64,000 nucleotides of DNA from an uncultured Gemmatimonadales bacterium. GTDB taxonomy: Bacteria > Gemmatimonadota > Gemmatimonadetes > Gemmatimonadales > GWC2-71-9. Below, in pieces: positions 9,001-20,023 of the stretch (the stretch's first letter is position 1; the number at the start of each line of letters is the position of its first letter). Position numbers and translations under genes: made by a program. The notes under the pieces were generated by a model that was not told the DNA's origin, made no database searches, and worked only from the letters and a program-made list of their open reading frames with translations. The stretch is taken from assembly GCA_963739455.1 (NCBI GenBank), contig CAVUAK010000001.1, forward strand, positions 608,001 through 672,000, given 5' to 3'.

Positions 9001-10973
9001 CCGTCGCAGGTGCGGTGAAGCAGCGACTCGCCGCCGCGGACGCGATGCCGGAGGCCGAGCGCACGGGGCTGATCCTGGCGACCCTGGAGGATGAGGCCCC
9101 GACCGTGCGGGAGCAGGCCATCCGCTATGCGGCCCGCTACCTCGAACCGGCGCGCCTGGTGCACCTGGTGGCCAATCACGAGCGTGCCCTGCTGCGCAAC
9201 AGCGCGATCGCGGCACTCGAGCGTCAGGGCCCGTACGCCGTCCCGCCACTCGTGGACGTCCTGGGCGGGACCGCCGACGCGGAACTCGCCATGTTCACGC
9301 TCCAGGTCCTCACCCGCATCGGCGATCCGTCGAGTAGTGCGGCGGTGCTGCCATTTGTCCGGCACGAGGACCAGAACGTGGCACAGGCGGCGATCGAGGC
9401 CCTTGGTGCCTTCCGCGCGGCGGAGGCAGTGCCGGACCTCCTGGCGATGATGGCAGGTAACCTGTGGCTGCAGCTCGCCGCCGTGAACGCGCTGGGCGAG
9501 ATCGGCGACGCGAGGGCGGCGGGGCCGTTGCTGGCCCTGGTGCCGGACTCGCTTCTCGCCATACCGGCGATTCAGGCGCTCGGGAAGCTTCCTGCCGCCG
9601 CGGTCGCGGAACCCCTGGCACAACTGCTCTGCGATCTGCGGGAGCCGGCCTCACGCGAGGCGGTACTCACTGCCCTGGCCCAGGTGGTGGCGCGAGACCC
9701 CGGCAACGTCAGCCTGGCCCCGGCGCTCGCAGCGGTCGACGGTGGCTCCGACGAGCCCACGCTCGAGCGCATGCTGCGCGAGGCAACCGGGCCGGGCGCG
9801 CCCGCGGCAGCGCGGCGCGGCGCGGCGCTTCTCGCCGTCGCAGTGCCGATACCCACGTTGTGGCCAGCGGCACTCCTCGCGCTCCACGAGCTGGGAGAGG
9901 TGCCCTCCATTCACTCGCTGCTGCACGCGCAGCGGCGACGGCTCCGGGCCCAGGCCGAGTCAACCCTGCGCCACCCGAGCCCGCTGGTGCGTGGGCTCCT
10001 GCTCGAGCACGCCGCACCGGATGTCGCGACCGATCGGCGCCTCATTCAGGCGCTGCAGGACACCGACACCGGCGTTCGCGCCGCAGCGTGCCGGGCGCTC
10101 GCCTCGCGCCATTGCGGGGAGGCGGTGCCGCGGCTCGTGGAGCTGCTCAAGGCCGGAAGCGATGCCGAGCGGGATGCGGCCGCGTTGGCACTCGCACATC
10201 TCGAAGCCGACATCCTGGCGCCGCTTGCGGCGTGCCTGGGACCATCGGCCGAGCCCGAGCTGATGGTCCAGGCGCTTGGGATCCTGGAACAGGCCGGGGG
10301 CCAGCCAATCATCGAGCGAGTCATTGAACTCGCCGCGCACGCCTCTTCGCCGGTGCGTCGGGCTGCCTTGCGCGTCCTTGCAGGGCTTCCCGATCGCCGC
10401 GTTGAGCCGGTGCTGTTGAAGGCGCTTGGCGACGTCGATCCTGCCGTACCGGCGGAGGCACTCGAGCTGCTGGTGCAGCGCGGTGGTGACCGCGCCGTGA
10501 GCAGCCTCATCGGCCTCCTGTCATTGACGGACTCCCTCCGCTTCAGGGTAATCCGCGCGCTCGGGCGACTGCGCGTGGCCCGCGCGGCAACTAAGCTCGA
10601 GTCACTCTACCCCGCGTGCGCACTGCACGAGCAACTCGAGATCATCGGCGCACTGGTATTGATCGACGCGCCCGGCGTGCGGGCCTTCCTGCACGCGCGA
10701 TTCGCGGAGCCGGAGCTCGAGGTGCGCCGCGCCGCGGCGCGCGGCCTGGCGGCGCTGGCCGGTGCCGGCGACCTGTCGCACCTATCCGCCATGGCCGGGG
10801 ACAGCGACTGGAACGTGCGCAACGAGGCGGCGCGGGGCCTCGCCCGGCTGCCACTGGACGACACCCGCCCGCTGCTCCTCACCCTGGCCCGCGACGTCGA
10901 GTCCGTCGTGTCGGCTACAGCCCGTGAGGCACTGGGCGGAATCGGCGCCGGGGGCCTGGCCGGGCATACATGA
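8997..10973 (+). CDS. HEAT/PBS-lyase repeat protein inside the che operon (Cpc7-like)
   Basis: Many VRxAAxxALG-type repeats, located between the MCP and cheR. Confidence 0.9.
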   Translation: MTVAGAVKQRLAAADAMPEAERTGLILATLEDEAPTVREQAIRYAARYLEPARLVHLVANHERALLRNSAIAALERQGPYAVPPLVDVLGGTADAELAMFTLQVLTRIGDPSSSAAVLPFVRHEDQNVAQAAIEALGAFRAAEAVPDLLAMMAGNLWLQLAAVNALGEIGDARAAGPLLALVPDSLLAIPAIQALGKLPAAAVAEPLAQLLCDLREPASREAVLTALAQVVARDPGNVSLAPALAAVDGGSDEPTLERMLREATGPGAPAAARRGAALLAVAVPIPTLWPAALLALHELGEVPSIHSLLHAQRRRLRAQAESTLRHPSPLVRGLLLEHAAPDVATDRRLIQALQDTDTGVRAAACRALASRHCGEAVPRLVELLKAGSDAERDAAALALAHLEADILAPLAACLGPSAEPELMVQALGILEQAGGQPIIERVIELAAHASSPVRRAALRVLAGLPDRRVEPVLLKALGDVDPAVPAEALELLVQRGGDRAVSSLIGLLSLTDSLRFRVIRALGRLRVARAATKLESLYPACALHEQLEIIGALVLIDAPGVRAFLHARFAEPELEVRRAAARGLAALAGAGDLSHLSAMAGDSDWNVRNEAARGLARLPLDDTRPLLLTLARDVESVVSATAREALGGIGAGGLAGHT

Positions 10974-11806
10974 CGATCGCGCTCGAGGCGGAGTGGAAGC
11001 TCCTCACTGACCTCATCGAGGAGCGCTTCGGGCTCTCATTCACCGGTGTGCGCCGCGACATCCTGGCCTCGCGACTGACATCGCGATTCCAGGCGCTGCA
11101 GTGTGGCAACCCGCTGGAGTACTACTACCACCTCAAGTCCCACCCGGAGCGCGATCGCGAGCTGGGCCAGCTGGCGGTAACCCTCACGAACAACGAGACC
11201 TATTTCTTCCGTGAGGCGCACCACTTCGAGTGCGTAGCGCGGCACGTCCTCCCCGCGATGCAGGATGAACTGCGCGAGCGTCCGCTCCGGATCCTGTCGG
11301 CGGGCTGCTCCTCCGGCGAGGAGCCATACTCGCTCGTCATGTCGCTCCAGGCCTCGGGACTCGATGCGCTGCTGCCCCATGGCTGGGAGGTCGACGCCTG
11401 TGACCTCAATCCGGCCCGCCTCGCCCAGGCCCGTGCCGCGACGTACGAGGAAACGTCATTGCGCAGCTGCGACGCCGACACACGGCGCCGGTACTTCACC
11501 CAGGAGGGCAGTCGCTACGTGCTGCGCGAACGGCACCGCACTGGCGTGCGGTTCTTCGCCTGCAACCTCGCCGCACCGGTGATGCCCCTCGGGGCAGGGC
11601 GCTACGACGTCATCCTGTGCCGCAACATGCTGATCTACTTCGGGGAGTCGGCCTTCCTCACCCTCATCGAGCGATTCGCGCGAGCACTGGTTCCCGGCGG
11701 GCTCCTCATGCTGGGGCATTCCGAGTCGATCATCGACCGGACGCCTTCATTCCAGGCGGTGGTGCTCAATGGCATGGTCGTCTACCGTCGCAGCGTGCCC
11801 GACTGA
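10970..11806 (+). CDS. cheR: Chemoreceptor methyltransferase CheR
   Basis: TNNETYFFRE, SAGCSSGEEPYS, CRNMLIYF, LGHSES. Confidence 0.96.
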   Translation: MTIALEAEWKLLTDLIEERFGLSFTGVRRDILASRLTSRFQALQCGNPLEYYYHLKSHPERDRELGQLAVTLTNNETYFFREAHHFECVARHVLPAMQDELRERPLRILSAGCSSGEEPYSLVMSLQASGLDALLPHGWEVDACDLNPARLAQARAATYEETSLRSCDADTRRRYFTQEGSRYVLRERHRTGVRFFACNLAAPVMPLGAGRYDVILCRNMLIYFGESAFLTLIERFARALVPGGLLMLGHSESIIDRTPSFQAVVLNGMVVYRRSVPD

Positions 11807-12840
11807 TGATTCGTGTCTTCGTGGTCGATGATTCACCGTTCATCCGCAAGGCACTGACGCGCGCCCTGGGAGCGGCGGGTGACATTCGCGTCTGTGGCGA
11901 GGCGCGCAGCGCGGAGGAGGCGCTCCGCCTGGTGCCGGCTGCGAACCCCGACGTGGTGACGCTGGACGTGGCGATGGAAGGAATGGGCGGCCTCGCGGCG
12001 CTGCGGGGCCTCCTGGCGTGGAGGCCCAGCCTGCCGATCATCATGCTCTCGGCGCATACCGGGAAGGGCGCGGCCGCGACGCTCGAGGCGCTGTCAGTCG
12101 GTGCGGTGGACGTGATCGACAAGGGTGACTTCAACCTGATGGACCTCGATGGACTGGGGAAACGCACCATCGACAAGATCCGGCTCTGGCGCGGTGGGCG
12201 TCGCGTCGCGCCGAGCACCGGCGTCGACGATCCGCTGCCACGCGGGCTGCCCGACGCCTCTGCAAGCGCAGTGTGCGTGATCGGCGCGTCGACCGGCGGG
12301 CCGCCCGCCCTGCAGCGCCTGCTCGAGAAGCTACCCCTCGATTTTCCGCTGCCCATCGTGATCGCGCAGCACATGCCCCCCGGCTTTACCAAGCCGTTTG
12401 CGCAGCGCCTGAACGGCGTGTGCGACCTGCGGGTGCGCGAGGCAGTCGACGGCGACCGGATCGAGCGCGGGACGGCGCTGATTGCCCCGGCGGGCCGTCA
12501 CTCCCGGATCACGCGACGCCTGACGGTTGCGCTGTCGGATGAGCCTTCGGATGCGCCGCACCGGCCGAGCATCGACTTGCTGATGAGCTCGGCCGCGGTG
12601 GCAAGGCCCGGCCGGGTACTCGGCATCCTGCTGACAGGCATGGGAGACGACGGTGCAGGCGGGATGGCGCTGATACGCGCGCAGGGCGGCATCACGATCG
12701 GCGAGAGCGAGGAAAGCTGTGTCGTGTTCGGCATGTCACGCGCAGCGCATGAACGCGGCGCGGTTGACCACCTTCTTCCACTGACGCACATCGCCGGCTG
12801 GCTCGGCGGCATGCACCTGGCCGCCATAGCCGGGCGCTAG
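11806..12840 (+). CDS. cheB: Methylesterase response regulator CheB
   Basis: Receiver domain plus GASTGGP, QHMP and LTGMGDDG. Confidence 0.96.
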   Translation: MIRVFVVDDSPFIRKALTRALGAAGDIRVCGEARSAEEALRLVPAANPDVVTLDVAMEGMGGLAALRGLLAWRPSLPIIMLSAHTGKGAAATLEALSVGAVDVIDKGDFNLMDLDGLGKRTIDKIRLWRGGRRVAPSTGVDDPLPRGLPDASASAVCVIGASTGGPPALQRLLEKLPLDFPLPIVIAQHMPPGFTKPFAQRLNGVCDLRVREAVDGDRIERGTALIAPAGRHSRITRRLTVALSDEPSDAPHRPSIDLLMSSAAVARPGRVLGILLTGMGDDGAGGMALIRAQGGITIGESEESCVVFGMSRAAHERGAVDHLLPLTHIAGWLGGMHLAAIAGR

Positions 12841-13646
12841 TACTCGGCGAAGAGCGAGGCGGGACAGCTACCCGCTGGCGGATCCGCGGTCCGTTCGAGG
12901 AGCACCTGCTGTTCCACCAGTGATCTCGCGGGGCTCTTGATTGCCCCACCCACCGGCACGCTTGCCTCCACGGTAATTGCATGGTCATAACGCATGGGCC
13001 CCCGCACGGGATCCCAGGCGGCGATACCGCGATCGTTGAGCGTGCGGGAGTAGGTCGGCGTCAGCGTGTCACCCGGCGGAGGGGGTACGAGGCCGTCGCG
13101 GTTGAGCTGGATGCGATAGCGCTGGAGGCTCGCGCTGTCGCTCAGGCGCTTGATGGCCAGGCTGTCGCCGCTGCGCCACTCCTCGCCCACTTGAATTACC
13201 CAGGGCGGCAACCGCGGCAGCATGTCGTCCAGCACGCCTGCGAGATCGCTGACCTCGCGCACCGCGTCAGGAACGAACGGGACGACCTGCGTGACGATGG
13301 AGCCATCAGGAAGCAGGTCGCCGCGATAGCGCCCGCCGAGCACGCCGGATGCATCGGGTTCGATCCGGTTGCCGCCGGCACTGCGCCACGCGCGCAGGGA
13401 ATCGAACCAGGCGACAACCAGCATGCGGGGTGGGGTGGGTGATGCGATCGTGGCCATGTTGAGATGGCCTTCGCGCCCGGAGTTGGCCGATGCGGTGCGG
13501 CCGGCGGTCTGGATCGTGAGATCGCTGCGGATGCTCTGGCGGAAGCTGGCGCAGGCCAGCTGGGCGGCGGAATAGCCCAGCTCCGCCTGCGCGGAAACCT
13601 CCGTACTGACCACAAGGAGCACAGCGAGCACTGGAAAGAACCTCAC
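12837..13646 (-). CDS. Exported hypothetical protein
   Basis: Signal-peptide-like N-terminus (MRFFPVLAVLLVVSTEVSAQ), co-oriented downstream of pruA. Confidence 0.75.
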   Translation of the reverse strand: MRFFPVLAVLLVVSTEVSAQAELGYSAAQLACASFRQSIRSDLTIQTAGRTASANSGREGHLNMATIASPTPPRMLVVAWFDSLRAWRSAGGNRIEPDASGVLGGRYRGDLLPDGSIVTQVVPFVPDAVREVSDLAGVLDDMLPRLPPWVIQVGEEWRSGDSLAIKRLSDSASLQRYRIQLNRDGLVPPPPGDTLTPTYSRTLNDRGIAAWDPVRGPMRYDHAITVEASVPVGGAIKSPARSLVEQQVLLERTADPPAGSCPASLFAEY

Positions 13647-13697
13647 GCCTCACTCCTCACGCGGTTGCTGTTCCCCCTCACGCTGTCGCAGTGCCGG

Positions 13698-15326
13698 CTA
13701 CTCCGCCCCCATGAACGGGTAGCGGTAGTCCGTCGGCGAGACGAGGGTCTCCTTGATGCTGCGCGGCGATACCCACCGCACCAGGTTGAGGATCGACCCC
13801 GCCTTGTCGTTGGTGCCGCTCGCCCGGGCACCGCCGAAGGGCTGCTGGCCCACCACGGCGCCGGTCGGCTTGTCGTTGAGGTAGAAGTTGCCGGCAGCAT
13901 TCCGAAGGACCTGGCTCGCCTCGGCGAGTGCCGCCCGGTCGCGCGCGAACACCGCGCCGGTCAGTGCATAGGGGCTCGTACCGTTGACGAGGTTCAGTGT
14001 CTCGCGCCACTTCGCCGCCGGGTACACGTGCACGGTCATGACCGGGCCGAACAGCTCGTCGCACATGAGGCGGTACTTTGGATCCTCCGAGGTGACGAGC
14101 GTGGGCTGGACGAACCACCCGTCCTTGTCGTCCGTGCCACCGCCCGCGATGACCTTCACGCCCGGCGCCGTCTTCGCCGCATCCAGATAGCCCTTGATGC
14201 GGTTGAACGCCTTCTGGTCGATGACGGCGCCCATGAAGTTCCGGAAGTCGGCCACGTCGCCCATCCTGATGTCGACGATCATCGCCACCATCCGGTCGCG
14301 CACCTCGGGCCACAGCGTGTCAGGGATGTAGGCGCGCGACGCGGCGCTGCACTTCTGGCCCTGGTATTCGTACGCCCCCCGCACGAGCCCCACTGCCACG
14401 GCCTCGGCATCAGCGCTCTGGTGCGCCACGACGAAATCCTTGCCGCCGGTCTCGCCCACGATGCGGGGGTACGAGACGTACTTGTCCAGCCGGCTCGCGA
14501 TCTGGTGCCAGATCTGCCGGAACACCGCCGTAGACCCGGTAAAGTGGATGCCGGCGAAGTACGGCTCCTCGACCAGTGCCGCGGTACACATCACCGGCTC
14601 TGCGGGCACGAAGTTGATGACGCCAGGCGGCAGGCCGGCCGTCTCGAGCAGCCGATAGGTGTAGTAGTTGCTGAGCAGTGAAGCGTGCGACGGCTTCCAC
14701 ACGGAGGTGTTGCCCATGAGAACCGGTGCGCCCGGAAGGTTACCGCCGATCGCGGTGAAGTTGAACGGCGTCACCGCATAGACAAATCCCTCCAGCGGGC
14801 GGTGCTCCATCCGGTTCCACACGCCGGGCGAGGACTCGGGCTGCTCACGATAGAGCCGCTCGGCGAAGGCGACGTTGAACCGGAAGAAATCGATCATTTC
14901 GCACGCTGCGTCGATTTCGGCCTGGAAGGCCGTCTTGCTCTGGCCCAGCATCGTGGCACCGTTGAGCAACGCGCGATGCGTGGTGGCGAGCAGTTCCGCC
15001 GCCCGGAGGAACACCGCCGCCCGGTCCTCGAAGCGCATCGCCGCCCAGTCCCGTTGGGCCTCGATCGCCGACTTCGCGGCCGCCCGCACCGTGTCGACGG
15101 TGGCGAGGTGCGCCCGCGCGATGACGTGCCTGTGCTTGTGCGGCGAGGTGACGTCGAAGATGTCACCACTTCGCACTTCCTTGCCGCCCACGATGGCCGG
15201 AATGTCCGCCACCTCGCCGGACAGGCGGGCCAACTCCGCCTTGAGGGTCGCGCGCTCCGGCGACCCCGGCGCATAGGACAGGATCGGCTCGTTGCGCGGA
15301 TGCGGGATGTTCGATATGCCACTCAT
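13698..15326 (-). CDS. pruA: L-glutamate gamma-semialdehyde (P5C) dehydrogenase
   Basis: NEPILSYAPGS, FTGST, GETGGK, YQGQKCSA, NDKPTGAVVGQQPFGG; start at MSGISN. Confidence 0.96.
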   Translation of the reverse strand: MSGISNIPHPRNEPILSYAPGSPERATLKAELARLSGEVADIPAIVGGKEVRSGDIFDVTSPHKHRHVIARAHLATVDTVRAAAKSAIEAQRDWAAMRFEDRAAVFLRAAELLATTHRALLNGATMLGQSKTAFQAEIDAACEMIDFFRFNVAFAERLYREQPESSPGVWNRMEHRPLEGFVYAVTPFNFTAIGGNLPGAPVLMGNTSVWKPSHASLLSNYYTYRLLETAGLPPGVINFVPAEPVMCTAALVEEPYFAGIHFTGSTAVFRQIWHQIASRLDKYVSYPRIVGETGGKDFVVAHQSADAEAVAVGLVRGAYEYQGQKCSAASRAYIPDTLWPEVRDRMVAMIVDIRMGDVADFRNFMGAVIDQKAFNRIKGYLDAAKTAPGVKVIAGGGTDDKDGWFVQPTLVTSEDPKYRLMCDELFGPVMTVHVYPAAKWRETLNLVNGTSPYALTGAVFARDRAALAEASQVLRNAAGNFYLNDKPTGAVVGQQPFGGARASGTNDKAGSILNLVRWVSPRSIKETLVSPTDYRYPFMGAE

Positions 15327-15646
15327 GGACGCGACCCGGATGGAGATGGGCTGGGAGTATACATCGTCAGGAGCCCTGCCGGTGGCGTGCCGGTGATGAT
15401 CGGCGACGGCAGTTCGACGAAGCCGTTCCACTGCAGGATGGCGCGCCCTTCCGCCGAGAGCGCGAAACGCGCGAACGCGGCCGCGAGCGCTGGATGCGGA
15501 GCCCGGATCGCGACGGTCAGCGCGTAGACGATCGGTTCGCCCCTGAGCGTCAGTGAGTCGGCCCCGGCCCGACTGGCACCGGGAATGCGGACGCTGGCCC
15601 CCTCGAGCTCCTGGGCGACCGCCGGAGTGACGGGGATCATGCGCGC
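15323..15646 (-). pseudogene. C-terminal fragment resembling a WtpA/ModA tungstate-molybdate binding protein
   Basis: GEPIVYALTV..APHPALAAAF..F.LS.EGRAIL..NGF motif; only about 100 aa; stop overlaps the pruA ATG. Confidence 0.5.
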
Positions 15647-15776
15647 CATTGCCAGCAGGGGCCCCATCCAGCCCGGCACGCCGGTTTGCGCCGGAGTGGA
15701 TCGTTGCCGATACTTGTCTCCGCCCCGGGCGTCGCCCGGAACGCACCGCTACCAGACTCGGAACCCGGACTGCTTC

Positions 15777-16160
15777 ATGCGCCGTCTACTCGGATGTCTC
15801 GCTTTCGTCGTCCTCGCCGCCTGCCCGACCTACGACCGCTACGACAAGCTGGCCGACCAGAAGGGCATGCTGACCGCCGACCAGTTCGCCAGCTACGGCC
15901 CGGAACAGGCCCAGAAGGTCGCTATCGGCCGCAGCCTGGCGCAGGCGTATGACGGCAAGAGCGTCACCGACTTCGGCGCGCAGATGGGGGTCGCGGTGGC
16001 ATTCGCCAGGACGATGCCCGACGTGGTGGACATCCAGGCCGACACGCTCGCCTACTTCATGACGATCAAGTTCAAGAGCGGCTGGCGCACCGCCGTGCTC
16101 CCGATCGCCGACGGCAAGGCTCCCCAGGATACGCCGGGACTGCCGAAGGCGACGAGTTGA
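15777..16160 (+). CDS. Hypothetical lipoprotein
   Basis: MRRLLGCLAFVVLAAC lipobox; GC3-rich codons. Confidence 0.8.
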   Translation: MRRLLGCLAFVVLAACPTYDRYDKLADQKGMLTADQFASYGPEQAQKVAIGRSLAQAYDGKSVTDFGAQMGVAVAFARTMPDVVDIQADTLAYFMTIKFKSGWRTAVLPIADGKAPQDTPGLPKATS

Positions 16161-16172
16161 TCGCTGGGCGCG

Positions 16173-16733
16173 TCAGCGGATCTCGATGTTCGCGGGGTGA
16201 ATGATGCTGCCGTCCGGTGCCTTGACGGCGGCATCGAGTGAATCCTGGTCCCAGACAACGATGGCAACGCGATCACTGCTCGCCGCGAAGGTCGCGAGGT
16301 CCTGCGTCGACAGCTCGCGGCTCTTCAGCGGACGGTTTTCGGGATCAGCATGATACGGGTGCGTATGCCAGCTCCCGATCACCCGAGGCAGGGAATCACA
16401 GGTACCGGTCACGGCCAATTGCAGCTGCCGCATGTTCCGCGCAGGCAGGAAGCCGTTGACGGTCACCGACCCCTGCGTCCACGGATCCCTGCAGGCAGCC
16501 GAGATATTCCTTCTGGGTCGGCCGGACCGTGCCCAGCATGCGTTCCATGGTGTTCAAGTCCTGCAGCTTGTCCCAGTTGCGGTTCGATTCCCCGAAAATG
16601 ACATTCATCGAGTCCAGCACTGGCTGGGAGATGGTGACGCTGGCGCCGGGATCGGGCGCACGCCTTGACGCGCCGGCATCGGCAGGAGGAGCAACGCCCC
16701 AAGGGCGGTGACGCGCAGCGATCGAGCATCCAT
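16173..16733 (-). CDS. Signal-peptide-bearing JAB/MPN+ metalloprotease-like protein, split across three frames by two indels
   Basis: Joined frames give MDARSLRVTALGALLLLPMPA..VTISQPVLDSM..QKEYLGCLQG..VTVNGFLP..VIGSWHTHP..LSTQD. Confidence 0.65.
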
Positions 16734-16766
16734 TCCTGAAAAGTACACCCGAGCTCCGGAGCTCTC

Positions 16767-17036
16767 GTGAAGCGAAGCACGCTTGTTACCATCGGCGCCC
16801 TTCTCGTGTTCGGGGCCTTCCTGCTCTACAGCACGCTGACGGCCCAGAAGTTCTCCTGTACCGTGAGCGTCACTTACCAGGGCCGGAGCGGCAGCGCCAC
16901 CGCGTCGGCGGCATCGGAACACGACGCAAAGCAGCAGGCCCAGACCACGGCATGCGGCCCGATCACGAGCGGCATGAACGAGTCGATCGCCTGCAGCAAC
17001 ACGCCGCCCAGCAAGACCGAGTGCGTGTCGCTCTGA
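16767..17036 (+). CDS. Small membrane-anchored protein with four cysteines
   Basis: N-terminal hydrophobic helix, 4 Cys in the soluble part, GGAG RBS. Confidence 0.8.
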   Translation: MKRSTLVTIGALLVFGAFLLYSTLTAQKFSCTVSVTYQGRSGSATASAASEHDAKQQAQTTACGPITSGMNESIACSNTPPSKTECVSL

Positions 17037-17037
17037 G

Positions 17038-18391
17038 GTGACGGTTCGCTTCGCGTTCCCCCACCCCCTCGTCCTGCTCCTGGGTTGCGTCGCCTTCGCG
17101 GCGGCCCTCACGTGGGTAGTACCCGCCGGCGTCTATGACCGCGTCGACGACCCCGCCAGCGGCCGGGCCGTGGTGGTCCCCGGCACATTCCATTCAGTGG
17201 ACGCGGCTCCGGTCGGGCTCTTCCAGTTGCTGGTCGCCGTCCCGAAGGGACTGATCGACGCGGCAAGCGTCATCTTCCTGATCTTCCTTTCCGGCGGCGC
17301 CTTCACCGTGGTGGATCGCACCGGCGCGCTCCGCCGGCTGGTGGACGCGCTGGCCCGGCGGCTCGAAGGGCGCGGCGTGCTCGTCATTCCCGTCGTCGGC
17401 CTCGCCTTTGCCGCTGGTGGCGCGCTGATGCAGATGGCCGAGGAACTGGTGGCTTTTGCCCCGCTCCTGCTCCTCATCTGTGCTTCACTCGGCCTGCCGC
17501 CGCTCATGGCCGTGGCGATGAGCCTGGGAACCGCCGCGATCGCCGCCGCGTTCTCGCCGGTCGATCCCTTCATGGTGACGATCGCGCAGAAGGTGGCGCA
17601 GGTGCCGGTGGGTTCGGGGTGGGAATTCCGCACCGTGATCCTCGCCATCGCCACCGGGTACTGGCTCTGGAGCATCACGCGCTACGCCGCACGCCATTCG
17701 AACCCGCCGGCAGCGACCGTCGCGGCCGACGAGCGCGACCAGCGCCTGACGACGCGGCATGTACTGGTCATCGCTGTCATCGCGCTCACCTTCCTGTTCT
17801 TCGTGATCGGGGCGCAGCAGTGGGCCTGGGATTTCGACCAGCTCGCAACGCTCTTCCTGATCATGGGCATGGCGGCAGGCGCGATCGGGGGCCTCGGGTT
17901 CTCGGGCACGGCGGACGGCATGGTCGCCGGCGCACGAGACATGACGTTGAGCGTACTGGTGGTGGGTGTGGCGCGCAGCATCTTCGTGGTGCTGGACGAG
18001 GGCCACATCGTCGACTCACTGGTGCACGCCATCGTGACGCCGATCGAGGGCATGCCAGTGACCATGTCGGCGCTCGCAATGTTCTTCGCCCAGGCGCTGA
18101 TTCACGTTCCAGTGCCGAGCACGAGTGGCCAGGCCGTGCTGACGATGCCGATCCTGGCGCCGGTCTCCGACCTGATCGGGCTTTCACGCCAGGTGACCGT
18201 GCTGGCATACCAGCTGGGCAATGGCACCTTCGACCTGCTCTTTCCCACCAATGGCGCGCTGCTCGCGCTGCTTGCGGTCGCCGGCGTGCGATTCGACGAC
18301 TGGTTCAAGTGGGCGCTTGCCACGCTGCCTGATCCTGGCGGCATTCGGGTGCCTTGCACTGATCGTCGCCGTCGCGATTGGATGGCGCTAG
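17038..18391 (+). CDS. YfcC/DcuC-family membrane transporter, frameshift near 18320
   Basis: FPHPLVLL, VPAGVYDR, VPSTSGQAVLTMPILAP, FPTNG; the shifted frame ends AVAIGWR-stop. Confidence 0.88.
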
Positions 18392-18392
18392 C

Positions 18393-20020
18393 ATGCGCGA
18401 TACGATGGATCGCCGCACGTTTCCTCGCAAGCACCACTGCGGCTGCGGTCGCGTCGCAGCTGGGTGCGTGCCGACCCGGGGACAAGCCGCCCGCCTCCCC
18501 GCCGGTCGCCATGCTGTTCCAGGTCGAGGAAGGCGGGATCGCCGACCTGCAGGAGGCCTTCGCCGCGGGCCAGGTGACTTCGGCCAGCGTGACGCAGCAG
18601 TATCTCGACCGCATCGCCGCCATCGATCATTCCGGGTCATCGGTGAACTCGGTCATCGAGCTCAACCCCGAGGCAATCGCTGATGCCGCGCGCCTCGACG
18701 ACGAGCGGAAGGCTGGCAAGTCGCGCGGGCCGCTCCACGGCGTGCCGATCCTCATCAAGGACAACATCGACACCGGCGACCGGATGCGCACCAGCGCCGG
18801 CTCGCTGGCACTCGCCGACATGCCGGCGCCCGCTGACGCCTTCGTGGTGCAGCGCCTCCGCGCCGCCGGCGCAATCATCCTCGGGCAAGACCAATTGCAG
18901 CGAGTGGGCCAACTTCCGCTCGACGCACTCGACCAGCGGCTGGAGCGGCCGCGGCGGCCAGACGCGGAATCCCTATGTACTCGACCGCAACCCGTGCGGG
19001 TCGAGCTCGGGAACCGGTGCGGCCATCAGCGCCAACCTCGCGATGCTCGGGGTCGGTACCGAGACGGATGGCTCCGTGGTGTGCCCCAGCAATGCCAATG
19101 GCCTGGTCGGGCTCAAGCCGACCGTCGGCCTGGTGAGCCGCAGCGGGATCATCCCGATCTCGGCGAGCCAGGATACCGCGGGCCCGATGACGCGCGATGT
19201 GCGCGATGCGGCAATCCTGCTCAACGCCATGATGGGGGTGGACCCGGCTGATCCCGCGACCGCGCTGGTTCCCGATCATGGTGCCGCCGACTTCACCACG
19301 TTCCTGTCGTCGGGCGGGCTCGGTGGCGTCCGGCTCGGGGTGCTTCGGCGCTACTTCGGCGGGCTGCCCGCGCTCGACAAGCTGATGGAGGACTCGCTGG
19401 TCGCGTTGCGAGATGCCGGTGCCGTGCTGGTGGACCCGGTCGATATCGACACGGCACCGAAGCTGGGAACACCGGAAGGCGTGGTACTCCACTACGAGTT
19501 CAAGGATGGCATCAACCGCTATCTCGCGGCGCGCGGCGCCACGACGAAGTATCACACGCTGGCGGAGCTGATCGAGTTCAACAAGGCGAACGCGGAGAAG
19601 GAGATGCCGTGGTTCGGTCAGGAAACGTTCGAGAAAGCGGAGACGATGGGGCCACTCAGCTCCCCAGCGTATCGGCAGGCGCTCGCGGAGTGCCGCCGGC
19701 TGTCCCGGACTGAGGGAATCGACGCGACGCTCAGGCGCTATCGCCTGGATGCGCTCGTGTGCCCGACCGGAGGCCCTGCGTGGACGACGGACCTGGTGAA
19801 CGGGGACCACTGGAATCCGGCGGGCGACAGCTCGACACCGGCAGCGGTCGCCGGTTACCCGCACATCACGGTTCCCGCCGGGTTCGTGGACGGCTTGCCG
19901 GTGGGGCTGTCGTTCATGGGACCGGCGTGGAGCGATGGCCTGCTGTTGCGCTATGCCTTTGCGTTCGAGCAGGCCACGAGGGCCCGGCGCGCGCCGACCT
20001 TCAAGAACACCCTCACGTAG
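18393..20020 (+). CDS. Amidase-signature family enzyme, Tat lipoprotein, frameshifts near 18420 and 18885
   Basis: DRRTFL..LGAC signal, GPLHGVPILIKDNID, GSSSG, GTETDGSVVCPS. Confidence 0.92.
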
Positions 20021-20023
20021 GAC

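Noticed and set aside
15674..15690. Sigma-54-like CGGCACGCCGGTTTGC before the lipoprotein gene
   Set aside because: GG-to-GC spacing is 11 rather than the required 10.
17038..19251. 737-aa transporter-amidase fusion ORF
   Set aside because: Artefact of indels. YfcC ends at 18391 in another frame, and the amidase has its own Tat/lipobox leader.
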